A stretch of DNA of 64,000 bases from the NCBI GenBank assembly GCA_963737905.1, contig CAVTUQ010000002.1, positions 655,382 through 719,381 on the forward strand. The letters run 5' to 3'. Position numbers and translations under genes: made by a program. Under the pieces are notes generated by a model. The model searched no databases. It saw nothing but the letters and a program-made list of their open reading frames with translations, and was not told where the DNA came from. Source of the DNA: an uncultured delta proteobacterium (GTDB lineage: Bacteria; Desulfobacterota; Binatia; UBA9968). Below, one piece after another: positions 42,639 to 51,809 of this stretch; the first letter of the stretch is position 1; each line of letters opens with the position of its first letter.

Positions 42639-42663
42639 GAATCCCCGCCCCGCGCGGGGATTC
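42639..42663 (+). other. Intergenic hairpin between cupin and eutA-like gene
   Basis: GAATCCCCGC-n5-GCGGGGATTC. Confidence 0.5.
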
Positions 42664-42707
42664 CTGTTTATAAGGTATAGACAAAAATCCATCATTCGAG
42701 GAAATGA

Positions 42708-44225
42708 ATGCACGACGACATCTACGATCACGATCATCCGGAGAACTTTGAAATCAAAGAAGGTGAGATTGTAACCGAAATCGAAGGGCTGGAGATGTTC
42801 TCGCTCAAAAGCGTGGGCATCGATATCGGCTCTTCCACGTCCCATCTGATTTTCTCGCACATCACCTTGCGGCGCCAGGGCGCCTCTCTCTCCGGCAAGT
42901 TCAAGGTGACCAATCGTGAAGTGCTCTATCGCTCCCCGATCATGCTGACGCCCTACTTGTCGGCAACCAAAATCGATACCGACAAGGTGAATCGATTTAT
43001 CCACAATGCCTACGAAGACGCGGGCCTAACGCCGGAAGACGTCGATACCGGGGCAGTCATCATCACTGGCGAAGCGCTGAAGAAAGAAAACGCGCAGCCG
43101 ATTGTCGAATTCTTCGCCAAGTACTCGGGAAAATTCATTTGCGCGGCTGCGGGTCACAACCACGAGGCGCTGCTCGCGGCCTACGGCTGCGGCGCGGTGG
43201 ATCTCTCCAAGTCCGAGCATAAAACGGTTCTTAATGTGGACATGGGCGGCGGCACGACCAAGTTTTCGCTTATCGAAGACGGCATCGTGAGCCAAACGGC
43301 GGCCATCAATATCGGCGCGCGGCTGATTGCTTTTGACGAAAACGACGTGATCACGCGCGTCGAAGACGCGGGCCGGACAATGATGAAGGAGCTGGGCTAT
43401 AAAGTAGAGTTGGGCCAGAAAATCACCGATAAAATGAAGGAGGATTTCGGCGCCTATATGGCGAAGATTCTCTTCGAAGTGATCGAGCAAGGACCTACCT
43501 TGCCGATGGCAAACCAGCTCATGGTGACGCCGCCTTTGGTGAATTACCGCGGTTTAAAACAGGTTCAACATATCGTCTTCTCAGGCGGTGTCTCCGAGCA
43601 TGTCTATGACCGCGACCCCAAGGCCTATGGAGATATCGGTCCGGTGCTCGGAAAGAACGTGCGCGCCCATTTACAACATTTCCCGAAGGAAATTCTCCGG
43701 GAACCCACTGAAGGTATCCGCGCCACCGTCATCGGCGCCGGGGAGTACACGATTCAGGCGAGCGGCAACACCAGCTACGTCTCCAATGAGCAGGCGCTGC
43801 CGGTCCATGGTCTTAAAGTTATCCAGGCGTCGGTTCGCGACGGTCAGCCGGTGAGCGATACGTTGAAGCAATCGCTAAGAAAGTTCGACTTGCCGCGTTT
43901 CACTTCGGGTCTGGCTTTGTCTTTGACCGTGAACGGGGTACCGGACTATCAGTCGGTCAAACGGATCGCAGAGGGAATCGCGGAGATTCTCAAAGATGCG
44001 GATGATCCAAAGTGCCCACTCTATCTCACGTTGGATCTCGATATCGCAAAATCGCTAGGCGGTATGCTGAAGGACGAATTCAAAGTGGCCCGCGACATTA
44101 TCGCCGTGGACGGCATCGAAGTCGGCGATTTGGATTACATCGACATCGGTGAATGCCTCGGGATCACGGAAGTCATACCGGTGACCGTAAAATCGCTGAT
44201 GTTTCCGACGAGTCACGCCGATTAA
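42708..44225 (+). CDS. eutA: EutA-like reactivating factor (ASKHA/actin-like ATPase)
   Basis: SVGIDIGSSTSHLIFS, YRSPI.LTP, TGAVIITGE, E..LAA.G.GA, VDMGGGTT, IGARL, FSGGVSE, IRATVIGAG, DYIDIG, PVTVKSL. Confidence 0.85.
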   Translation: MHDDIYDHDHPENFEIKEGEIVTEIEGLEMFSLKSVGIDIGSSTSHLIFSHITLRRQGASLSGKFKVTNREVLYRSPIMLTPYLSATKIDTDKVNRFIHNAYEDAGLTPEDVDTGAVIITGEALKKENAQPIVEFFAKYSGKFICAAAGHNHEALLAAYGCGAVDLSKSEHKTVLNVDMGGGTTKFSLIEDGIVSQTAAINIGARLIAFDENDVITRVEDAGRTMMKELGYKVELGQKITDKMKEDFGAYMAKILFEVIEQGPTLPMANQLMVTPPLVNYRGLKQVQHIVFSGGVSEHVYDRDPKAYGDIGPVLGKNVRAHLQHFPKEILREPTEGIRATVIGAGEYTIQASGNTSYVSNEQALPVHGLKVIQASVRDGQPVSDTLKQSLRKFDLPRFTSGLALSLTVNGVPDYQSVKRIAEGIAEILKDADDPKCPLYLTLDLDIAKSLGGMLKDEFKVARDIIAVDGIEVGDLDYIDIGECLGITEVIPVTVKSLMFPTSHAD

Positions 44226-44248
44226 TTTTGTTGCACACTCAACTCGAT

Positions 44249-44282
44249 GGCGAAGTCCTCGCGCAACGGCGAGGCCTTCGCC
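44249..44282 (+). other. Intergenic hairpin after eutA-like gene
   Basis: GGCGAAG-t-CCTCGC-gcaacg-GCGAGG-c-CTTCGCC; no U tract. Confidence 0.45.
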
Positions 44283-44329
44283 CCCTGCCGCTTACGTCAT
44301 TCAACATCCTCTCCAAGTGAAGCTTTTTA

Positions 44330-45190
44330 ATGGCTGAATATTTTTCTTTTCAGGCTGCGCTTTGTTTTTCCATCGCCCATATCATGATCCGCCGCGGCTT
44401 GGTCCACTCCAACGCCATGACCGGCGCCTTTATCTCGCTATGCATGAGCGCGGGGATTCTTTGGGTTTTGCTGCTATTCGTGATCCCGCTAAGCGCGTTA
44501 TGGAGTCCGGCTGTCTTCTATTTCATTGCCGCCGGTATCTTTGCACCGGGCATCGGCCGGACCTTGAGCTACGTCGGAATCGAACGAATCGGGGTCGCGC
44601 GCTCAGTCCCCATTGTCAACTCCTCGCCGATCTTCGCATCTCTCTTCGCCGTTATCTTTCTGGGGGAGGTTTGGGTCGGCCAAAATATCATCGGCACAAC
44701 ATTGGTCATTTCCGGTGTCGTGATACTCTCCATGATCAAACCGGCGCAGGGCTCTTGGCGAAAAAGAGATGTCATTTATCCCGTCGTTGGAGCCGTCGCC
44801 TTTGGTATATCGGCGACTCTTCGGAAAGCGGGTCTAGATGTGGTGACGATCCCGGTACTTGCAGCCGCAGTTACGGCCGGAATGGCGGCGTTGTTTTCTT
44901 TTGTTCTTCTACAATTCCAAACCGGGCAGCAAGCATTCAAGCTCACACGAAAAAGCGCCGTTTGGCTAATTCCCGCCGGATTCATCAACACGGCGGCGAT
45001 GTTGTCGGTCTTTTACGCATTGAGCTTCGGCAAAGTCGTGATTGTCGAGCCGCTGGTCAGTTCCAATCCGGTGCTCACCTTGCTTTTAACGGCGATATTT
45101 CTCAGAGACCTCGAAGCGCTTTCTTTCCGCGTTATCATAGGTGCAGTGTTGACGGTGGCGGGAACCATTCTGGTCGTCACGGTAAAATAG
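44330..45190 (+). CDS. EamA/DMT family transporter
   Basis: About 10 TM helices in two repeats: G..R.GVARS.PI...SP and GKVVIVEPL...NP. Confidence 0.9.
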   Translation: MAEYFSFQAALCFSIAHIMIRRGLVHSNAMTGAFISLCMSAGILWVLLLFVIPLSALWSPAVFYFIAAGIFAPGIGRTLSYVGIERIGVARSVPIVNSSPIFASLFAVIFLGEVWVGQNIIGTTLVISGVVILSMIKPAQGSWRKRDVIYPVVGAVAFGISATLRKAGLDVVTIPVLAAAVTAGMAALFSFVLLQFQTGQQAFKLTRKSAVWLIPAGFINTAAMLSVFYALSFGKVVIVEPLVSSNPVLTLLLTAIFLRDLEALSFRVIIGAVLTVAGTILVVTVK

Positions 45191-45253
45191 GGTCATTCTT
45201 TTCGCAATTTGATGATGATATGAGTGATGGATCGTGTAGGAGGTCTGGCTGTA

Positions 45254-46387
45254 ATGTCTAAGGCGATGCAAGCAGAACGGAAAATGTGGAGCAAGCATTA
45301 TACCTATGATGAGTGGATGGAGGCTCAAGGGATTCCCATTTATCGGGGCTATTACATCGAGGATTTGCGAACATTGCAGCTCGGTTGGTGGGACGCGCGT
45401 CAGTGCAGCTCTGCGTTTATCCAGTTGGTGGGCCAAGAGGGAGTCACCTCGGCGCGTGTGACCGAGATTTCCCCCGGCAAAACGCTGCCGCCGCTCAAGT
45501 TCGCTTTGGATGAAATTGTTTATGTGGTCGAAGGACGGGGACTCACCACGATTTGGGCAGGTGAGAAACGTCCGAAGAAAACTTTCGAATGGCAGAAGCA
45601 CAGCATGTTTCTCGTGCCCCATAACTACGCGCACCAGTTCAGCAACATGCAGGGCGATAAGCCGGCGCGGTTGCTGCACTACAACTACATGCCGCTCACC
45701 TTGTCCGGCGTGCGCGACGTGAACTTTGTTTTTGGCAATTCCTATGAAGGTCCCGACATCCAGAACGAGTTAGATTTTTATTCCGAAGCCAAGATGATTG
45801 AGCAAAGCACTCTGGATAGCGCATGGGGCCGAAGGGCCTACTGGTACGGCAACTTCTTTCCTGACATGCGAGCCTGGGACAAGCTGGACGCAAATGTGCG
45901 GCGGGGCGCCGGTGGTCGCAGCGTGTACATTCAGTTTCCCGACTCCGAGATGTCCTGCCACATGTCAGTTTTCGATGCGCGCTTATATAAAAAGGCCCAT
46001 CGCCACGGCCCGGGGAGAGTCATTGTGATTCCGGTCGGCGAAGGCTACTCGATCATGTGGGAGGAGGGAAAAGAGAAAGTCGTGGTCCCATGGCACGAGG
46101 CGAGCTGTTTCGTCCCGCCCAACAAGTGGTTTCACCAGCATTTCAACGCCGGCGGCGAGCCCGCGCGATATCTTGCGCTGCACCCGCCAATGCAGTTTCA
46201 CGGCCACGCAGAGAAAGTCGAAGACCGTGCCAAGGATCAGATCGAGTATGTCAACGAAGATCGATGGGTGCGGGAAAAATTCGAGGCCGAGCTGGCAAAA
46301 CAAGGACTAACATCCCTCATGCCGGAGGCGGCTTACACCGATCCGAGTTTCGACTGGAGTTGGTCCCCGTTTCTACGCGGCAAGTAG
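45254..46387 (+). CDS. Bicupin, paralog 2
   Basis: Long blocks identical to 41452-42600 (WYGNFFPDMRAW, KKAHRHGPGR, PPNKWFHQHFNAGG, ARYLALHPPMQFHGHAEK); start ATG after AGGAGGT. Confidence 0.85.
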   Translation: MSKAMQAERKMWSKHYTYDEWMEAQGIPIYRGYYIEDLRTLQLGWWDARQCSSAFIQLVGQEGVTSARVTEISPGKTLPPLKFALDEIVYVVEGRGLTTIWAGEKRPKKTFEWQKHSMFLVPHNYAHQFSNMQGDKPARLLHYNYMPLTLSGVRDVNFVFGNSYEGPDIQNELDFYSEAKMIEQSTLDSAWGRRAYWYGNFFPDMRAWDKLDANVRRGAGGRSVYIQFPDSEMSCHMSVFDARLYKKAHRHGPGRVIVIPVGEGYSIMWEEGKEKVVVPWHEASCFVPPNKWFHQHFNAGGEPARYLALHPPMQFHGHAEKVEDRAKDQIEYVNEDRWVREKFEAELAKQGLTSLMPEAAYTDPSFDWSWSPFLRGK

Positions 46388-46520
46388 CCGTATCGTGTTC
46401 TCCTGGCTGTGTCGACGCTTGAACGCTGGTTTGGGGTTCGCCTTATCGGCCTGCGCCGAGGGGTTCACTGAGTGGAGAAGCTGCTACTTCCAGCTCTCAG
46501 TCTCGCAGCGCTTCAGCTCC

Positions 46521-47426
46521 TCAGGACTTGAGATTCGGTAAGACCTTTTCGCCGAAGAGATCTAGCTGCGTCGGATCAGGATCGGCCAGGCCGATGATCA
46601 GGGTGTCGAGTCCTCTGGACAAAAAGGCTTCGATACGGTCCGCGACGGCGACGGGGGAACCAACAAGGGACGTGCTTGCGACGTCTCCTCGAAGCCGACC
46701 GTAATAGCGCGTGACGTAGCTGTTTAAGGTTTCCACCGCTGCGGTCGTATTATCGTTGATGACCATGAAAGTGAGGCCGGCTTTTTCGATCTCGGCAGGA
46801 TTCCGTCCGGCTGCGCGCGCATACTGGGCGATTTTCTCCCAGGTGGTAGGGAATTCGGGAATCGCCGAGCTGCCGCAGATGAAGCCGTTGGCCCAGGTAC
46901 CGGCGCGTTTGAGGGAGATTTCTGCGCTGCCGCCGGTGAAGATCGGAATCGGCTTCTGGATCGGCCGTGGCCCAAGCGTGAGATTTTGCAAATTAAAGAA
47001 TCTACCTTTGTGTGTAACATTTTCCTCGGTCCAGAGGCGTTTCATCAACTGAACGCACTCCACCGCCCTGCTGCCTCTTCCTTCGAAGGGAACTTCGACG
47101 GCGGTGAAATCATTTTCGCGGCTACCGAAGCCAATCCCAACGGTAACCCGCCCGTTTGAAATGAAATCGAGGCTTGCCACGATCTTGGCGAGCAGCGCGG
47201 GGTGACGCAGACCCGGCAAAAGTACGGAAGTGCCGATCCTGATCTTTTGAGTCGCGCCGGCGGCGGCGGCAAGAATAGTCAAAGGCTCGAGGTTATCGTA
47301 GGCGATGCGATCAATGGTCCACATGGAATGTAGACCCATCGCTTCGCATTTCCTGGCGAAGTTCACAACGTTTTGCGGCTTGGTTAACGGCGCGGGGTTG
47401 ACGAAGCATAGGCCGATGTTTGCCAT
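46521..47426 (-). CDS. LLM-class flavin-dependent oxidoreductase
   Basis: EPLTILAAAAGAT, IGTSVL, RHPALLAK, LDFISNGR, PRPIQKP. Confidence 0.9.
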   Translation of the reverse strand: MANIGLCFVNPAPLTKPQNVVNFARKCEAMGLHSMWTIDRIAYDNLEPLTILAAAAGATQKIRIGTSVLLPGLRHPALLAKIVASLDFISNGRVTVGIGFGSRENDFTAVEVPFEGRGSRAVECVQLMKRLWTEENVTHKGRFFNLQNLTLGPRPIQKPIPIFTGGSAEISLKRAGTWANGFICGSSAIPEFPTTWEKIAQYARAAGRNPAEIEKAGLTFMVINDNTTAAVETLNSYVTRYYGRLRGDVASTSLVGSPVAVADRIEAFLSRGLDTLIIGLADPDPTQLDLFGEKVLPNLKS

Positions 47427-47530
47427 TGTGGTGTCTCCTTTGGTAAGTAACGTGGCGTGTCAAAATCCGTGGACCGTTCATCATCATTCCGGCCAAGCGA
47501 GCGCAAACTCGCGAGAGCGAAATCCAGTTT

Positions 47531-47558
47531 CAGGAACGGGGTTCAAACCCGCCCCTAC
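47531..47558 (-). repeat. GTAG-type REP-like palindrome
   Basis: Minus strand GTAGGGGCGGGTTTGAACCCCGTTCCTG: GTAG tetranucleotide plus an imperfect hairpin. Confidence 0.55.
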
Positions 47559-47732
47559 TCAATTCCGTCTGCACGCGAATGACGAAGAGTGAGCGTCGCA
47601 TTTTCAACAGTTATTTAATGCAAAGCCTCAGCGCTGTGTTTGTTTGGGCCACGATAGTCCGGCAGCCACCCCTTTTCAAGGTTTAATGTCTGAGATATAC
47701 CGGACAACATACAAACTAAGGAGGACACAGAA

Positions 47733-48167
47733 ATGGAAGCTTCTACATTCAAGCTCAAAACGCCACATATCACCGGCGGGCGCAGCCATATTCCCCTAGC
47801 AGCCACGGAAAATATGTCGGTGGGGCTGAATTACTACACGCAGGGACGGAAGAACAAACTGCACACCCATCCCGGGGAAGACCATACTTTTGTGGTTATG
47901 GAAGGCCAAGCGACCTTTTACAACAAAGAGCATGAGCCCACCGTGCTTAATAAAGGCGAAGGGATCATGCTGCCGGAAAACCATTACTACTATTTTCAAA
48001 ACACGGGTGACGGGCCATTGGCTCTCTTTCGGGTGAGCGCGAAAAAGGGCAATAAACCAAAGGTGGTGCGCGTCGACACCGAAGGCAACCGGAGAACGGA
48101 AGAAGAAAACGAGTTTATTGTCGTCGATGGAACAACCGTAGAGGGAAAATTCTGGGAGCTGGCGTAG
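47733..48167 (+). CDS. Monocupin protein
   Basis: LHTHPGEDHTFVVMEGQ...GEGIMLPENHYY.F.N; SD AAGGAGG. Confidence 0.85.
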   Translation: MEASTFKLKTPHITGGRSHIPLAATENMSVGLNYYTQGRKNKLHTHPGEDHTFVVMEGQATFYNKEHEPTVLNKGEGIMLPENHYYYFQNTGDGPLALFRVSAKKGNKPKVVRVDTEGNRRTEEENEFIVVDGTTVEGKFWELA

Positions 48168-48175
48168 TGCGTCGA

Positions 48176-49330
48176 ATGAAGATCACAGACGTCAAGGCGA
48201 TTCGGTTGCGCGCGACGATTCCCACGGAAGGACAGGTTTTCAGCCGGTCGGGCGTGAGAAACTTTCGGTCGGCGACGCTGGTTCAAATCGAAACCGATGA
48301 GGGAATCACCGGTCTCGGCTCCTGCTCGGGCAACGGCGAGCTGATCGAAGTGATCGTTGGCAAGGTGCTAAAGCCGCTATTGATCGGGATGGATCCGACT
48401 GAGATCGATGAGATCTGGGACAAAGCCTATGTGAGAGGCGGCCATAAGGAGTTTGGGACGCGTGGGATCGGTGTCGTTGCGTTGAGCGGAATCGACATCG
48501 CGCTTTGGGATATCCTCGGTAAGGTTCGCGGTGTTCCTATCTATCAACTTTTAGGTGGCAGGTGGCGTGACAGAGTACCGGTCTACGCAACGGCTCTCTA
48601 CCCGGAAGAGCCGTCGAAAGTAGCGAAGCGGGCCCGTGCCTTCGCCGAGCAAGGATTTCACGGCGTAAAAATCAAAGTTGGTTTCGATTTGGATCAGGAC
48701 ATCGGCATAGTCCGCGCCGTGCGCCAAGAGTTAGGCCAAGATTTAACGGTGATGACCGACGCGAATCAAGGCTATAGCATCGATGTGGCTTTGAAGGCGG
48801 CCGAGGCGTTTTCAAAGTACGGTGTCTTTTGGCTTGAGGAGCCGCTGTTTGTCGAGGATATCGAAGGCCATGCGCGACTCAGAGAGAAGGGTAAAGTTCC
48901 CATCGCCGTTGGAGAGAACCTTAATACGTACTATGCCTTTGAGAATTTCGTCGCGCGGGGCGCGGTGGATTTTCTCCAACCCGATGTCGCTCGCGCCGGC
49001 GGTTTCACGGAAATCAGAAAGATCGCGGCTCTAGCCGCCAATCACAATATGAATGTTTCCTTTCACACCTGGGGGGATGCCGTGGCGCTGGCGGCCAGTC
49101 TCCATTTGTCCGCGGCTTTAAAAGAGTGTGGTGTGATGGAGCTTGACTACACCTACAATCCGCTCCGCGCGGAATTGTTGAAAGAGCCGCTCGAACTGAA
49201 AAACGGCTTTATGATTCCTCCCGATAAACCGGGACTCGGCGTAGAACTTGATCCGCAAACTTTGGATAAGTTCGCCTTCTCCGGATTTGAAGAGATCGGT
49301 TTGAGGCAAAGGACATTGACAGCAGGCTGA
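48176..49330 (+). CDS. Mandelate racemase/muconate lactonizing enzyme (enolase superfamily)
   Basis: SGIDIALWDILGK, KIK, DAN, WLEEP, GEN, QPD, PGLGVE. Confidence 0.93.
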   Translation: MKITDVKAIRLRATIPTEGQVFSRSGVRNFRSATLVQIETDEGITGLGSCSGNGELIEVIVGKVLKPLLIGMDPTEIDEIWDKAYVRGGHKEFGTRGIGVVALSGIDIALWDILGKVRGVPIYQLLGGRWRDRVPVYATALYPEEPSKVAKRARAFAEQGFHGVKIKVGFDLDQDIGIVRAVRQELGQDLTVMTDANQGYSIDVALKAAEAFSKYGVFWLEEPLFVEDIEGHARLREKGKVPIAVGENLNTYYAFENFVARGAVDFLQPDVARAGGFTEIRKIAALAANHNMNVSFHTWGDAVALAASLHLSAALKECGVMELDYTYNPLRAELLKEPLELKNGFMIPPDKPGLGVELDPQTLDKFAFSGFEEIGLRQRTLTAG

Positions 49331-49521
49331 AGACGCTGGGCATTTTCTCTTTGGCTTGTATGGCTGAACTGAAGATGGGCTTCTCGTTCATAAAACGACT
49401 GCCGAGCATTCTTGTCTCGGATTGCCACGTAGTTCCGTTAGCACTGCATACGTCTGCCTACCAGTCGAGTTCATTTAGGTAATTTTAGTAGTTTTGTTCT
49501 GCATTAGTGCCAGACCCCTAG

Positions 49522-49536
49522 TGGCATAGGAGTTGC
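49522..49536 (+). promoter_or_regulatory. Putative sigma54 -24/-12 promoter
   Basis: TGGCAT-AGGAG-TTGC, about 40 nt before ATG 49577. Confidence 0.6.
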
Positions 49537-49576
49537 GCCGACTTCCCCACACTCTAAGAATTCAGGGGAGGCAGGC

Positions 49577-51448
49577 ATGCTTAGGCAGTTTTTTCGTCTC
49601 TTGGCCCAACCCGCCGGCGCGACAGTTTTCGTCATGGCGGCATTCATTTTTCTCTTAGGTTCTGCAGCGCCGGCATTGACGATGAACTCAGTGCTCGGTG
49701 GCTCTTTGCCGCAGCCACTCTTTCCGCGGAACAATTGGTGGAACCGGGATATCAGCAACTGGCCAGTGGATCCGAATTCTGCCAGCTATGTTGCCTTCAT
49801 CAATAATGGCGGTAACCGTCGACTTCACCCGGACTTTGGTGGCAATGCCGGCGGGAACGCGATTTATGGTTTGCCGTATGCTGTGGTGACAAATGTAACC
49901 AACGCTGACCTCAAGCCGGTTGAATTTGAGTATTGGGACGAAAGCGATGGCGTCGATCTACATACAGGCACGGGTTTGCCTTTTTATCCTATCCCGCCGG
50001 AGGCGATCACTCAACCGCGTTGGATTGAAGGCGGCGATCCGGGAAACATCGATCGGCGCAGCAGTCAAGACCGTCATTTGCTGATTGTGGATCGCGACCG
50101 GAACTACCTCTACGAGCTTTTCAACGTATTTTACGATGCGGCGCGTGGAAAGTGGTTGGCCGGCTCGGGCGCATTCTTTGATATGAACACAAACAACCGG
50201 CGCCCGGATACTTGGACGTCGGCAGACGCTGCGGGGTTGGCGATTTTACCGGGCCTGATTCGTTACGACGAAGTTTATGATCCCAATGTGACAGAAATTC
50301 GCCATGCGTTCCGAGTCACGGTGCGTGCGACCAACGGCTATGTTTATCCGGCGTCACATCGAGCCGGTTCCACGTCCGGAGCTCTGCCGATGGGCGCGCG
50401 CTTGCGGCTGAAAGCCACCGTCGATATTAACCAACGCACTAGTGATCCGAACGTCCGGAAGATATTCCGCGCAATGCAGAGATACGGTTTGATCGTAGCC
50501 GATAATGGCTCCGATATGTACATCACAGGCACATACGACACCCGATGGAATAACGGAATTCTCAATCCAGCTTTCGCTGCCTTAACAGCCAGCGATTTCG
50601 AAGTAGTTCAGCTCGGGTACGATCCTCCTGTCGGGCAAGGTAACTTTCCGAAAGCGGATTTCGACGGAGATATGAAGACTGATATTTCGATCTATCGGAG
50701 TGGCGCTTGGTATATTCTTCGATCCTCTGACGGTGGGGTGACAATGAGAGGATGGGGCGGATTGGCGCAGGACATGCCGGTGCCAGCGGACTATGATGGC
50801 GACGGCAAAGTAGATATCGCCGTGTATCGAAATGGTGGATGGTTCATCTTACGCAGTTCTGACGGTGGGGCGACAATGACAGGATGGGGTGGGTTGGCGC
50901 AGGACGTGCCGGTGCCAGCGGACTATGATGGCGACGGAAAGGCGGACATAGCGGTTTATCGAAGTGGTACGTGGTTTATCTTGCGAAGCTCAGATGGTGG
51001 TGTGACGGTGACAGAATGGGGCGGGTTACCGCAGGACGTGCCGGTGCCAGCGGATTACGATGGTGACGGAAAGACAGACTTAGCAGTGTATCGGGACGGA
51101 TTATGGTTTATAAGACGGTCTTCGGATAGCGGACAGACTACGGTCGGCTGGGGTGGGACACTTGCAGATATACCAGTTCAAGCAGACTACGATGGTGATG
51201 GTAAAGCAGACATAGCGGTTTACCGTAGCGGGATGTGGTTTATCTTGCGCAGCTCCGACGGCGGGGTGACAACGAAAGGCTGGGGCGGTTTACCGGAGGA
51301 CGTACCAGTGCCAGCGGACTATGATGGAGATGGTAAGACAGACGTAGCGGTCTACCGTGATGGGTTATGGTTTATCATCCGTTCCGTAGATGGTCTGCAA
51401 GCGGCCGTCGGATGGGGTGGACTGCCGCAAGATATGCCACTCAATTGA
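49577..51448 (+). CDS. Secreted protein: uncharacterised N-terminal domain plus six FG-GAP/VCBS-like repeats
   Basis: Signal peptide; GGD...DRH, TSADAAGL, HAFRVT, YGLIVADNG domain; DxDGDGKxD repeats. Confidence 0.85.
   Translation: MLRQFFRLLAQPAGATVFVMAAFIFLLGSAAPALTMNSVLGGSLPQPLFPRNNWWNRDISNWPVDPNSASYVAFINNGGNRRLHPDFGGNAGGNAIYGLPYAVVTNVTNADLKPVEFEYWDESDGVDLHTGTGLPFYPIPPEAITQPRWIEGGDPGNIDRRSSQDRHLLIVDRDRNYLYELFNVFYDAARGKWLAGSGAFFDMNTNNRRPDTWTSADAAGLAILPGLIRYDEVYDPNVTEIRHAFRVTVRATNGYVYPASHRAGSTSGALPMGARLRLKATVDINQRTSDPNVRKIFRAMQRYGLIVADNGSDMYITGTYDTRWNNGILNPAFAALTASDFEVVQLGYDPPVGQGNFPKADFDGDMKTDISIYRSGAWYILRSSDGGVTMRGWGGLAQDMPVPADYDGDGKVDIAVYRNGGWFILRSSDGGATMTGWGGLAQDVPVPADYDGDGKADIAVYRSGTWFILRSSDGGVTVTEWGGLPQDVPVPADYDGDGKTDLAVYRDGLWFIRRSSDSGQTTVGWGGTLADIPVQADYDGDGKADIAVYRSGMWFILRSSDGGVTTKGWGGLPEDVPVPADYDGDGKTDVAVYRDGLWFIIRSVDGLQAAVGWGGLPQDMPLN
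50654..51445 (+). repeat. Six in-frame 132-bp (44-aa) repeats
   Basis: Unit AD(Y/F)DGDGK.DIAVYR.G.WFILRSSDGG....WGG.P.DVPVP; 792 bp = 6 x 132. Confidence 0.9.
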
Positions 51449-51809
51449 ATCATGCGGAGAACAAAGGTTGACGGCACCACGGGTAACTTCCTGCGCGAGG
51501 GTTGAACCTATGTACTGAACGTGATCAGAGACTTTTCACAATAATGGGTCAAAGACTCGCTTGACTATGTTTAATTCAAACATCATCGATTATCCCGCGC
51601 CAAGATGGGTCGCCGACAGTAGGACTTGAACGCGACCGATTTTCATCCTGTCCTCGATCGCGAAAAGATTGATGATAGCCGTTTCTTAAGCGGTTATCCA
51701 AGAGTGAACCGATTCCCGCCTAAATTTTCCCATCATTTGTATCCTCTTTGACGGCCGAGGATTTATGTTGCCTTCGAAGTCGGAGTTGCTAAGATGAAAC
51801 CGCTTTTCT

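Noticed and set aside
44362-45261. 299-aa alternate-frame ORF over the EamA gene
   Set aside because: Arg-rich off-frame product, typical of GC-rich hydrophobic genes.
50654-51445. CRISPR-like periodicity
   Set aside because: Repeats are degenerate, in-frame 132-bp coding units without unique spacers or cas genes.
51449-51809. tRNA or ncRNA in the spacer before mnmE
   Set aside because: No cloverleaf, T-loop or convincing stem structure seen.
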